This document shows positions 1-7,626 of a stretch of 22,740 bases of DNA, one piece after another (position 1 is the first letter of the stretch; every line of letters begins with the position of its first letter). The stretch is from Armatimonadota bacterium. Lineage in GTDB: Bacteria > Armatimonadota > UBA10988. The translations under genes and the position numbers were made by a program. The stretch lies in contig JACRKZ010000007.1 of assembly GCA_016235455.1 (NCBI GenBank), positions 1 to 22,740 of the forward strand. Reading direction: 5' to 3'. The notes under the pieces were generated by a model, which made no database searches, was not told the origin of the DNA, and worked only from the letters and a program-made list of their open reading frames with translations.

Positions 1-51
1 AGGGCTGGGGACCTGCCGCGTGGGGCGCTCTATGCGCCAAGGGAGTGCAAC

Positions 52-927
52 ATGCAGATCGGTGTCAGTTCGTACAGTTTCAGTCGCCTGGTCAACAGCG
101 GGGCCATGGCGCAGTTGGCCGTGATCGGCGCGGCCAAGGACCTGGGGTTCGAGGTCATCGAGTTTTCGACCATCGCCGTGCCCGCGGGCAAGACGCTGCC
201 CGGCTTCGCCAAGGAGCTGCGCGCGGAGTCTGAGCGCGTTGGCCTGCCCATCGCCAACTACACCATCGGCGCGGACTTCCTGCGCGGCTCGGGCGGCGAC
301 CTGGCCGCCGAGATCGCGCGGGTCAGAACCGAGGTCGACATCGCCGTGATCCTCGGCGCGCCCGGCATGCGCCACGACGCCACCGGCGGCTATCCGGCCG
401 ACCATGTCGGCCCGCGCAGCTTCGATAGCGCCGTGGCGCGCCTGGCCGAGGGCTGCCGCGCCGTGACCGAGTATGCCGCCGAACGGGGCATCAAGACCAT
501 GGTCGAGAACCACGGCTACTTCTGCCAGGACTCCGAGCGCTGCGAGAAGCTGGTCAACGCCGTCGCGCACCCGAACTTTGGCCTGCTCGTGGACATCGGC
601 AACTTCACCTGCGCCGATGAGGATCCCACGTTAGCCATCGGCCGGCTGGCGCCCTATGCCATTCACGCCCACGCCAAGGACTTCCACATCCGCTCGGGCT
701 CGCTGCCGACGCCGGGCGAGGGCTGGTTCCCGTCGCGTGCGACCAATTACCTGCGCGGCGCGATCATCGGCCACGGCGATGTGCCACTGGTGCAATGCAT
801 CCGCACGCTGCGCCGCAATGGCTACGACGGCGTGCTGTCCATCGAGTTCGAGGGCATGGAGGATGTGCTGACGGGCATCCGCATCGGGAGGGACAACCTG
901 GCGCGGCTGGTGGCGGCCGCGGGATAG
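52..927 (+). CDS. Sugar phosphate isomerase/epimerase (AP endonuclease 2 / xylose isomerase-like TIM barrel)
   Basis: 291-aa ORF with family metal-ligand motifs VENHG, LLVDIGN, HAHAKDF, G-GDV and LSIEFEG; SD-like AAGGGAG at 39-45. Confidence 0.9.
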   Translation: MQIGVSSYSFSRLVNSGAMAQLAVIGAAKDLGFEVIEFSTIAVPAGKTLPGFAKELRAESERVGLPIANYTIGADFLRGSGGDLAAEIARVRTEVDIAVILGAPGMRHDATGGYPADHVGPRSFDSAVARLAEGCRAVTEYAAERGIKTMVENHGYFCQDSERCEKLVNAVAHPNFGLLVDIGNFTCADEDPTLAIGRLAPYAIHAHAKDFHIRSGSLPTPGEGWFPSRATNYLRGAIIGHGDVPLVQCIRTLRRNGYDGVLSIEFEGMEDVLTGIRIGRDNLARLVAAAG

Positions 928-928
928 C

Positions 929-957
929 TTGACGCGCCCCGTCGGCGTGCCTAGAAT
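929..957 (+). promoter_or_regulatory. Sigma70-type promoter, TTGACG-N17-TAGAAT
   Basis: -35 at 929-934 and -10 at 952-957 with an exact 17-bp spacer; each hexamer is 5/6 consensus in a GC-rich genome. No credible plus-strand protein gene follows. Confidence 0.75.
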
Positions 958-1002
958 GCCGGTGTGCCGAGCCATCCGGCCTGGCACACCGAGTTCGAAG
1001 AG

Positions 1003-1092
1003 CTACCGCAGTCGGTCAGGGTACGCAAGCCCCCAGACCACGACCATGGTAACCGTCCCGTGCAGTAACACGGGACCGTGTCGCCATCGCAT
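1003..1092 (-). CDS. Putative 29-aa small peptide MRWRHGPVLLHGTVTMVVVWGLAYPDRLR (candidate type I toxin); below the ORF track cut-off
   Basis: Minus strand reads GAAAGGAGGTG-CCGCC-ATG: a perfect SD (AGGAGG 7 nt from the ATG at 1092), stop TAG at 1005-1003, basic ends and a moderately hydrophobic centre. Confidence 0.45.
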   Translation of the reverse strand: MRWRHGPVLLHGTVTMVVVWGLAYPDRLR

Positions 1093-1109
1093 GGCGGCAC
1101 CTCCTTTCC

Positions 1110-1151
1110 GGCAGGCCGGCGGTCTGAACCACCGCCGGCTTGCCTCGTTTT
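1110..1151 (+). terminator. Intrinsic terminator-like hairpin
   Basis: GGCAGGCCGGCGGT (1110-1123) pairs with ACCGCCGGCTTGCC (1131-1144; one G-U), followed by TCGTTTT. Confidence 0.55.
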
Positions 1152-1298
1152 GGCCAGGGAGATTCACCGTGGGTGATGGCCTTGGCCAATCCGGTAAGGA
1201 GGGGCAAGCCGGTTGCCGGGTGCGTGAGCACGGGGCCGAACGTGTATAGTCCTACATGGCGTGACGGCCTGGGTGCAACTCTCGCGACTCCCTGCACG

Positions 1299-1374
1299 TC
1301 CACAGATTGCACAGATTGCACAGACTGCACAGATTGCCGATTGGCTCATCTGTGTAATCTGCGCAATCTGTGGA
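1299..1374. repeat. REP-like palindromic element of tandem 9-mers (CACAGATTG)x4 facing inverted copies
   Basis: TCCACAGATTGCACAGATTGCACAGACTGCACAGATTG (1299-1336) and ATCTGTGTAATCTGCGCAATCTGTGGA (1348-1374) form a long imperfect inverted repeat just downstream of the ruvB stop. Confidence 0.85.
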
Positions 1375-1409
1375 TCTGCCAGGTGGCTGGCGCGGAATCC
1401 TCGGCTGCG

Positions 1410-2441
1410 TCAGTCGAACAGCCCTGGCTGGTCACCCAGCACCGGCGGTGCGATGCCCAGGTGCCGGAACGCCGCCGGCGTGGCCACGCGGCCGCGCGCG
1501 GTGCGCTGCAAGAAACCCAGATAGAGCAGAAACGGCTCGATCACGTCTTCCAGCGTCTCGCGTTCCTCGTTGAGCGTGGCGGCCAGGGTCTCCACGCCGG
1601 TCGGGCCGCCGCCGAACTTGGCCAGCAGCGCGTCGAGGTAGCGTCGATCGCTGCCGTCCAGGCCGAGGTGGTCGATGCCCATGCCGTCGAGGGTCTCGTC
1701 GGCGAGCTGGGCGGTGATGGTGCCGTCGCCGCGCACCTGGGCGTAGTCGCGCACGCGCCGCAGCAGGCGGTTGGCCACGCGCGGGGTGCCGCGGCTGCGG
1801 CCGGCGATCTGCGCGGCTCCTTCGGCGTCGATGGGCACGCCCAGAATGCGCGCGGACGACAGGACGATGGTCCGCAGTTGCTCGGGCGTGTAGAGGTCCA
1901 CGTGGTGCACCACGCCGAAGCGATCGCGCAGCGGCGAGGTGAGCAGTCCGACGCGGGTCGTCGCGCCGATCAGCGTGAAGCGCGGAATGGGGATCTTCAC
2001 CGCCCGTGCCGCGGGACCCTTGCCGATGACCAGGTCGATCTCGTAGTCCTCCATAGCCGGATAGAGGACCTCTTCCACCACGCGGTTGAGCCGGTGGATC
2101 TCGTCGATGAACAGCACCGTGCGCGGGTCGAGATTGGTCAGCAGCGCGGCCAGGTCGCCGGGCCGCTCGATGGCCGGGCCGGAGGTGCTGCGCAGGAAGC
2201 AGCCCATCTCGGCGGCCAGGATCTGCGCCAGCGTGGTCTTGCCCAGGCCCGGCGGGCCGTGCAGCAGCACATGGTCGAGCATGTCGCCGCGCAGTTGCGC
2301 CGCCTCAATGCCGATCTTGAGCTGCTCCTTGACCGAGTCCTGACCGACGAAGTCCAGCAGGCGCTGGGGACGCAGGCTGGGCTCGGCCAGGCCGTCCTCG
2401 CCGCGGCGGGTGGGGTTGAGATCGTGGTCCGACCAATCCAT
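1410..2441 (-). CDS. ruvB: Holliday junction branch migration DNA helicase RuvB
   Basis: SLRP..L.DFVGQ, Walker [55 protein letters not shown]. Confidence 0.98.
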   Translation of the reverse strand: MDWSDHDLNPTRRGEDGLAEPSLRPQRLLDFVGQDSVKEQLKIGIEAAQLRGDMLDHVLLHGPPGLGKTTLAQILAAEMGCFLRSTSGPAIERPGDLAALLTNLDPRTVLFIDEIHRLNRVVEEVLYPAMEDYEIDLVIGKGPAARAVKIPIPRFTLIGATTRVGLLTSPLRDRFGVVHHVDLYTPEQLRTIVLSSARILGVPIDAEGAAQIAGRSRGTPRVANRLLRRVRDYAQVRGDGTITAQLADETLDGMGIDHLGLDGSDRRYLDALLAKFGGGPTGVETLAATLNEERETLEDVIEPFLLYLGFLQRTARGRVATPAAFRHLGIAPPVLGDQPGLFD

Positions 2442-2442
2442 G

Positions 2443-3036
2443 CTAGCCCCCCGATCCCGCTTGCTTGAGCGCCAGCCGGATCAGCTCCTCCAACGGCGCG
2501 TCGGCGCCGGCCTGCTTTGCCGCGAACTGTGCCAGCCGCCGTGACTCGACGCCGGTGAAGCCCAGGCCGGTCAGCGCCTCGATGACATCGGCTTGACGCG
2601 CATCGACCGGCGCCGCGGCCACCGACCAGCTCTTGGTGCCGATCTTGTCGCTCAGTTCCACGACGAGCCGCTGGGCGAGCTTCTTGCCCACGCCGCTGAC
2701 CTGGGTCAGCGAGGCCTCGTCGCCGCGCGCGATGGCCTCGACCAGGCGCGCCGGCGGCAGCGCGGCGACCAGATTCTGGGCCACCTTGGGCCCCACGCCG
2801 TTGACCGCCAGCAGCACTTCGAACAACTCGCGCTCCTCGTCGGTGGAGAATCCATAGAGCGTCAGCGCGTCCTCACGTACGGCCAGCCAGGTAGGCAGAC
2901 GCAGCGTGCCGCCGACCTCGGGCAGGCGCGCCAGGGTCGGCGGCGCCACGGTGACCCGGTAGCCCACGCCGGCGCACTCCACTACCACGCTGTCCTCGCT
3001 GAGGTTGGTCAGCCGGCCGTTGAGATGAGCGATCAC
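2443..3036 (-). CDS. ruvA: Holliday junction branch migration protein RuvA
   Basis: [22 protein letters not shown], HhH motifs VNGVGPK and VSGVGKK, ALTGLGF; sits between ruvC and ruvB. Confidence 0.97.
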   Translation of the reverse strand: MIAHLNGRLTNLSEDSVVVECAGVGYRVTVAPPTLARLPEVGGTLRLPTWLAVREDALTLYGFSTDEERELFEVLLAVNGVGPKVAQNLVAALPPARLVEAIARGDEASLTQVSGVGKKLAQRLVVELSDKIGTKSWSVAAAPVDARQADVIEALTGLGFTGVESRRLAQFAAKQAGADAPLEELIRLALKQAGSGG

Positions 3037-3629
3037 GATGGCTCCTCCGCTGTCTCCTTGAGGTGTTCACGACGACGCGCCTCATCGGCGGCCAGCGCTG
3101 CCGCGATGCGGTCGCCGGCGCCGGCGCCGGCGCTGGTCTGGCCCGGTGCGGCGGCGCGGCTCAGGCCGCTGTGGACATGGGTGATGCATAGCGCCAACGC
3201 GTCGGCGGCATGATCGGGCCGCGGTGGTTGGGGCAGGTTGAGCAGGCGCTGCACCATGTACTCCACCTGATGCTTGTCGGCCTGGCCGTTGCCCACCAGC
3301 GTCAGCTTGACGTGTGTCGGCGAGTACTCGGCGATGGGCAGCCCGACCTGCACGGCAGCCAGCCGCACGACCCCCACCGCCTGGCCCACCGACAGCCCGA
3401 CACTGCCGTCGCGCAACTGGTAGAGGTGTTCCATGACCAGCACTTCCGGCCGATGCTCGCGGATCAGCGCGGTCACGGTGTTGTGGATGGTGAGCAGGCG
3501 CAGCCCCAGTTCCTCGCCGGCGGGCGTACGCAGGCAGCCATAGCCGAGGCTGGCGTAGCGCGCGCCCTCGCGCCGCACCACGCCCCATCCCGTGGAGGCC
3601 AGGCCGGGGTCGATGCCGAGTAGAACCAC
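3033..3629 (-). CDS. ruvC: Crossover junction endodeoxyribonuclease RuvC (start revised to GTG 3629)
   Basis: LLGIDPG, TGWGVV, EYSP..VK, GNGQADKHQV, DHAADALA; SD GGGAG at 3640-3636 before GTG; 4-bp overlap with ruvA. Confidence 0.96.
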   Translation of the reverse strand: MVLLGIDPGLASTGWGVVRREGARYASLGYGCLRTPAGEELGLRLLTIHNTVTALIREHRPEVLVMEHLYQLRDGSVGLSVGQAVGVVRLAAVQVGLPIAEYSPTHVKLTLVGNGQADKHQVEYMVQRLLNLPQPPRPDHAADALALCITHVHSGLSRAAAPGQTSAGAGAGDRIAAALAADEARRREHLKETAEEPS

Positions 3630-3647
3630 ACGCGGCTCCCGGGCGGG

Positions 3648-3656
3648 ATTGTAGCA
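3648..3656 (-). promoter_or_regulatory. Extended -10 promoter (TG-C-TACAAT) for ruvCAB
   Basis: Minus strand TGCTACAAT ~20 nt upstream of the ruvC GTG; implies a very short leader containing the SD. Confidence 0.6.
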
Positions 3657-3667
3657 CAGGGAGCCGG

Positions 3668-3768
3668 CGGGACGTGGGCGGTGGGCCGTGGGACGTCGGA
3701 CGTGGATGGGCGGCACCGTGGCCCGTAGCGGTTCTCACCCAGTTCCACCTCCTCCATCCCACGTCCCG
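3668..3768. repeat. Tandem heptamer repeat (GGACGTG-like x5) with a distal inverted copy
   Basis: GGACGTG GGCGGTG GGCCGTG GGACGTC GGACGTG at 3670-3704; CCCACGTCCCG at 3758-3768 is the reverse complement of CGGGACGTGGG at 3668-3678. Confidence 0.65.
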
Positions 3769-3771
3769 GAC

Positions 3772-3801
3772 TTGACGCCGACCCTCTCCAGAGTCCATGC
3801 T
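3772..3801 (+). promoter_or_regulatory. Possible sigma70 promoter TTGACG-N18-CATGCT for the SMP-30 cluster
   Basis: -35 at 3772-3777 and a weak -10 at 3796-3801, ~35 nt upstream of the ORF start. Confidence 0.35.
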
Positions 3802-3836
3802 CTTGGGGCGGTCGGCTCGGGCCGGCGCGCGGCGAG

Positions 3837-4718
3837 ATGATCATGGGTGAAGTACGGCATTGGCAAGCGGCGCGTGATATCGCGGGCGAGACACCGATCT
3901 GGGTGGCCGAAGAGGGCCTGTTCTACTGGACCGACTGCTGCGCGCCGGCCATCCACCGGGCCGCGCCGGGTGCGACGACCTGCGAGACGTTCACGCCCTC
4001 GGAGATCGTGACGGCCTTGGCGCGGCGTGCGTCGGGTGGCTGGATCGTGCTCACGCACGGCGGGCCGGCCTTCTGGGCCGGCTTCGGCAGCGACCTGGTG
4101 CCCGCGGTGAACGCCGTGGCCGACCGGCCGGGCCATCGCTGCAACGACGGCGCGGTGGATCGCGCCGGCCGCCTGTGGCTGGGCACCATGCACAAAGAGG
4201 ACCTGAACGATAGCGGCGGCACGCTGTGGCGGGTGGATGCGGACCTGAGCCTGCACGAGATGGCCACCGGGTTCGCCGTGCCTAACGGCATCGCCTTCAG
4301 CCCCGATGACACGGTGCTGTACCTGACCGACATGTTCCACGGGCGTATCGTCGCCTACGACTTCGATCTGTCCGCCGGCACCATCGCCAACCCGCGCGAC
4401 TTCGCCGTGGTCCCGGCCGAGGATGGCTGGCCCGACGGGCTCATCGTCGACGCCGAGGGTTACCTGTGGTCCGCGCATTGGGGTGGCTGGCGCGTGACGC
4501 GCTATGCGCCCGACGGCACGATCGCCGCTGTGCTGCGGCTGCCCGTGTCCAACGTGACCTGCATGGGCTTCGGTGGCGCCGACTTGCGGGAGCTGGTCAT
4601 CACCAGCGCCAATCTGATGTTGAGCGAGGACGACCTGGCGGCGCAGCCGCTGGCCGGCGATGTGTTCACGGCGCGGCCCGGTGTGGCCGGCCTGCTCGAA
4701 CACGCCTTCGCGGGCTGA
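3837..4718 (+). CDS. SMP-30/gluconolactonase/LRE family protein (sugar lactone lactonase)
   Basis: GETPIW, YWTD, RCNDGAVDRAGRLWLGTM, PNGIAFSPD, PDGLIVDAEG.LW, VTCMGFGG, ITSA. Start may be 3843. Confidence 0.93.
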   Translation: MIMGEVRHWQAARDIAGETPIWVAEEGLFYWTDCCAPAIHRAAPGATTCETFTPSEIVTALARRASGGWIVLTHGGPAFWAGFGSDLVPAVNAVADRPGHRCNDGAVDRAGRLWLGTMHKEDLNDSGGTLWRVDADLSLHEMATGFAVPNGIAFSPDDTVLYLTDMFHGRIVAYDFDLSAGTIANPRDFAVVPAEDGWPDGLIVDAEGYLWSAHWGGWRVTRYAPDGTIAAVLRLPVSNVTCMGFGGADLRELVITSANLMLSEDDLAAQPLAGDVFTARPGVAGLLEHAFAG

Positions 4719-4736
4719 GCCAGAGGGAGGGCAACC

Positions 4737-5903
4737 ATGTTGACCAAGGAAGAACGTGTTCTGCGAGTGATCCGCGGCGAGGAAGTCGACTACCTGCCGA
4801 GCCAGATCACCTTCTCCGACCGCACCCGCGACAAGGACATCGCCGCGGCGCTGGGTTTGGCCGGACCCGATGAGCTGGATGGCTACCTCGAGAACCACAT
4901 CTGCATCTCGCTGTGCTACCACGACAAGCCGCTGTTCTACCGCAACGACCGCGAGGAGATGGCGCGCCTGGCGGAGTTGGGCTTCTGCGGCCCGCACTGG
5001 GAGGCGCGCTCGGTCTATGACGCGTATGGCATGGGCATCCGCGTGGGCAGCGACGGCTTCTTCAACAACTTCAACCCGCTGGGCGCTCGCGGCACGGCCG
5101 AGATCGCCGCGCACATGCCGCCCGATGTCGACCCGGCCTGGCTATTCGAGACGGACATCAACAAGGCGGTGGACGCCTACCGCGTGCCCGACATCAACCG
5201 GCCGCGCAACTTCGAGGAGATGGAGCGCGACCTGGCCGAGCAGTCCGGCGCGTTCCTGGTCATGCCGTCGGGCTACTTCGGCCTGTATGAGCGCACCCAG
5301 GCGTTGATGGGCTTCCAGGAGTTCATGACCAACATGGCCGCGGAGCCGCGGGCGGTGCACAAGCTGCTGGACAAGGTCACCGAGTACCGCGTGGCCTATG
5401 CCGAGAAGGTGGTCGAGATGGGCTTCAAGGTGGCCCACCACGGCGACGATCTGGGCACGCAGGCGCAAACCCTGTTCTCGCGCAAGATGTTCCGTGAGTT
5501 CGTGCTGCCGCGGCTGGCCCAGTGCTGGGAGCCCTACCGACGCGCCGGCATCCCCGTCATCATGCACTCGTGCGGCAACATCATCGACTTCCTGCCGGAC
5601 CTGATCGAGATTGGCCTGCGCGTGCTCGAGCCGGTGCAGCCGGTCATGGATCTGGCGCTGCTCAAGCGTGAGTTCGGCAAGGATCTGGTGTTCTGGGGCG
5701 GTATCGAGACGCAGAACATCCTGCCGTTCGGCACGCCCGAGCAGGTCAAAGCCATGGCGCGCGAGACCATCCGCACGCTCGGCGCCGGCGGTGGCCACAT
5801 CATCGCGCCCAGCCAGGAAGTCATGAACGACGTGCCCATCGAGAACGTCAAGGCGCTGGTCGAGACCATCGTCGAAGAGCGGCAGACCGTGCTTGGCCGC
5901 TAG
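4737..5903 (+). CDS. Uroporphyrinogen decarboxylase (URO-D/MtaA-CmuA) superfamily protein
   Basis: MLTKEERV start, GDDLGTQ, FREFVLP, MHSCGN, LIEIG, PVQP, FWGGIETQ.LPFGTPEQV, GGGHIIAPS; SD GGGAGG. Not canonical HemE. Confidence 0.88.
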   Translation: MLTKEERVLRVIRGEEVDYLPSQITFSDRTRDKDIAAALGLAGPDELDGYLENHICISLCYHDKPLFYRNDREEMARLAELGFCGPHWEARSVYDAYGMGIRVGSDGFFNNFNPLGARGTAEIAAHMPPDVDPAWLFETDINKAVDAYRVPDINRPRNFEEMERDLAEQSGAFLVMPSGYFGLYERTQALMGFQEFMTNMAAEPRAVHKLLDKVTEYRVAYAEKVVEMGFKVAHHGDDLGTQAQTLFSRKMFREFVLPRLAQCWEPYRRAGIPVIMHSCGNIIDFLPDLIEIGLRVLEPVQPVMDLALLKREFGKDLVFWGGIETQNILPFGTPEQVKAMARETIRTLGAGGGHIIAPSQEVMNDVPIENVKALVETIVEERQTVLGR

Positions 5904-5912
5904 GAGCGTGAC

Positions 5913-7553
5913 ATGGCCAAGGGGCGCTGGTTGCTCGCCGTACTGGGCCTGTTGGCGCTGGCGGTGCAGGCGGCCGATCTGGGCCCGCGCACCATGGACA
6001 AGCGCTGGCTGTTCGTCTGGCGCGGCATGGACGACGCCAAGGAGGTCGACCGCGTCATCGAGCGGCTGCCCGCGGCCAGCGCGGCGGGCTACAACGGCGT
6101 GGTTCTGCCGGCCAACGTCGCGCCCGAGCGTGCTCCGGCACTGCGCGCGGCGGCGGCCAAGGCCGGCCTGGACCTCGTGGCCGTGGTCATGGGCAACCCG
6201 CGCGACCGCAACTACATGGAGGGCGTGGAGGTCAAGGACGCGCTGTTCGTCGTGCGCGACGGTGCCTTGGCCTTCGTGCCCGACAACCCCATCCGGCTGC
6301 TGAACACCGACTTCGAGCAGGCGGCCGGCAACCAGCTTGGCGGCTGGACCATGCAGGACGACCCGGGCGTGACCACCTTCGTCGACCGCGAGGTCTACCA
6401 CGGCGGCAAGGCTGCACTGCGCCTGGAGGACGTCGGCCGCAACGCGGCGCGCCATGCGCGCGTGGCGCAGGCCTTCCGGCTCACGCCGCAGCGGCAGTAC
6501 CGGATCAGCTTCTGGGCGAAGACCGACGGCTTCCAGCCGGTAGACGCCGACGTCAAGGTGCTCACCGCCGATGCCTCGAAGACCATCTGCTTCCAGACCT
6601 TCCGTGCCGACCGCACCCAGGACTGGAAACGCTATGACCTGGTCTTCAACAGCCTGGAGCACAGCGATGCGCGCCTCTACGTCGGTTCGTGGGGAGGCGA
6701 CAAGGGCCGGATCTGGTTCGATGACCTGAGCATCGAGGAGATCGCGCTGGTCAACGTGCTGCGCCGGCCCGGCTGCCCGGTGACCGTGCGGCGCGACGAT
6801 GGCACGCCCCTGGCCGAGGGCCGCGATATCGGCCCGGTGATCGACCGTCAACTGCATCCCTGGCGCGGCTGGCACGAGCCGCCGGTGGTCAAGGTGTTGC
6901 CCGCGGGCACGCTGCGCGACGGCGACCGCGTGCGGCTGGGCTACTACCATTCGCTGATCGTCTACGAGGGGCGGCTCAACGGCTGCCTGAGCGAGCCGAA
7001 GATCCTCGACGACTGGCGCGACGAGGTGCGCGCCGCCGACCAACTGCTGCATCCGGCGGCGTTCCTCATGTCGCACGATGAGATCCGTGTGGCCAACCGC
7101 TGCGCGTTGTGCCGTGGCAAAGGCCTGACGCCTGGCGCACTGCTGGCCTGGAACGTGAAGCAGGCGGCGGCGATCATTCGCACCGCGCGGCCCGATGCCG
7201 GCATCTGGGTTTGGAGCGACATGTTCGACCCGCAGCACAATGCCGTGGACGACTACTATGCGGTGAACGGCTCGCTGAAGGGCTCGTGGCAGGGCCTCGA
7301 CTCGGACGTGGGCGTTGTCAACTGGCATGGCGAGTTGGCGGGCCGCAATTGTCAGTTCTTCGCCGATCTGGGTCTCAGGCAGATCCTGTCGGGCTACTAC
7401 GACGGCGACGACGACGGCTCGGCAGTCACGCGATGGCTGGCCAACACCGCGGGTGTGAAGGGCATCGTCGGCGCCATGTACACGACGTGGGAAGACAAGT
7501 ACGAGCCGATGACCACCTGGGCCAAGGCGGCCTGGGGCGAGGCGCGCCGCTAG
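5913..7553 (+). CDS. Secreted protein: putative GH20-like TIM-barrel glycoside hydrolase with an inserted CBM4/9-like domain
   Basis: Signal peptide MAKGRWLLAVLGLLALAVQA; LLNTDFE...GW...Y.ISFWAKT...DWKRY...IWFDDLSI beta-sandwich; C-terminal MSHDEIR, WVWSDMF, VVNWH, GAMYTTW. Confidence 0.7.
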   Translation: MAKGRWLLAVLGLLALAVQAADLGPRTMDKRWLFVWRGMDDAKEVDRVIERLPAASAAGYNGVVLPANVAPERAPALRAAAAKAGLDLVAVVMGNPRDRNYMEGVEVKDALFVVRDGALAFVPDNPIRLLNTDFEQAAGNQLGGWTMQDDPGVTTFVDREVYHGGKAALRLEDVGRNAARHARVAQAFRLTPQRQYRISFWAKTDGFQPVDADVKVLTADASKTICFQTFRADRTQDWKRYDLVFNSLEHSDARLYVGSWGGDKGRIWFDDLSIEEIALVNVLRRPGCPVTVRRDDGTPLAEGRDIGPVIDRQLHPWRGWHEPPVVKVLPAGTLRDGDRVRLGYYHSLIVYEGRLNGCLSEPKILDDWRDEVRAADQLLHPAAFLMSHDEIRVANRCALCRGKGLTPGALLAWNVKQAAAIIRTARPDAGIWVWSDMFDPQHNAVDDYYAVNGSLKGSWQGLDSDVGVVNWHGELAGRNCQFFADLGLRQILSGYYDGDDDGSAVTRWLANTAGVKGIVGAMYTTWEDKYEPMTTWAKAAWGEARR

Positions 7554-7569
7554 GTCGTATCGTGTTGGC

Positions 7570-7598
7570 TTGCGCTGGTGTGCCGCAACGGTCATAAT
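7570..7598 (+). promoter_or_regulatory. Sigma70-type promoter TTGCGC-N17-CATAAT for the 9-gene operon
   Basis: -35 at 7570-7575 and -10 at 7593-7598, followed by SD GAGGAG (7615-7620) and ATG 7627. Confidence 0.6.
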
Positions 7599-7626
7599 GG
7601 CCCGCCGCTGGGAAGAGGAGTGCCGC

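Larger units (their letters stand above)
964..1151 (+). ncRNA. Putative structured small RNA (candidate antisense/antitoxin RNA), ~190 nt, possibly extending to ~1220
   Basis: Lies between the promoter and a terminator-like hairpin with T tail; internal hairpins GTCCCGTG/CACGGGAC (1055-1076) and GTGTCGCCAT/ATGGCGGCAC (1078-1100). G-U pairs favour the plus strand. Not recognised as a known RNA family. Confidence 0.5.

Noticed and set aside
1-20. GGGGACCTGCC resembles the 3' end of a cobalamin riboswitch (GAGACCUGCC)
   Set aside because: Only a short GC-rich match at the window edge; the rest of the aptamer cannot be seen and the downstream gene is not B12-related.
983-1062. GGCACAC...ACGCAAGC resembles a c-di-GMP-I riboswitch
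   Set aside because: No GNRA-capped first stem of the right geometry and no partner strand for the second stem.
1249-1278. Minus-strand promoter TTGCAC-N18-TAGGAC for the small ORF
   Set aside because: The -10 lacks the conserved final T and the spacing is suboptimal; too weak to list.
960-1300. Known housekeeping RNAs (tmRNA, RNase P, SRP, 6S) or a group I intron (TATAGTCC at 1245-1252)
   Set aside because: No tRNA-like ends or tag ORF, no GAGGAAAGUCC, no SRP domain IV motif, no 6S-like long rod, and no GACUA partner for P7. By-eye comparison only; Infernal would be decisive.
1299-1374. CRISPR array
   Set aside because: Units are 9 bp, contiguous and without spacers; no cas genes.
929-1573. 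ORFs 929-1249, 1016-1330, 1164-1349, 1261-1524 and 1370-1573
   Set aside because: No SD, no family motifs; translations are driven by the 9-mer repeat or begin within the promoter.
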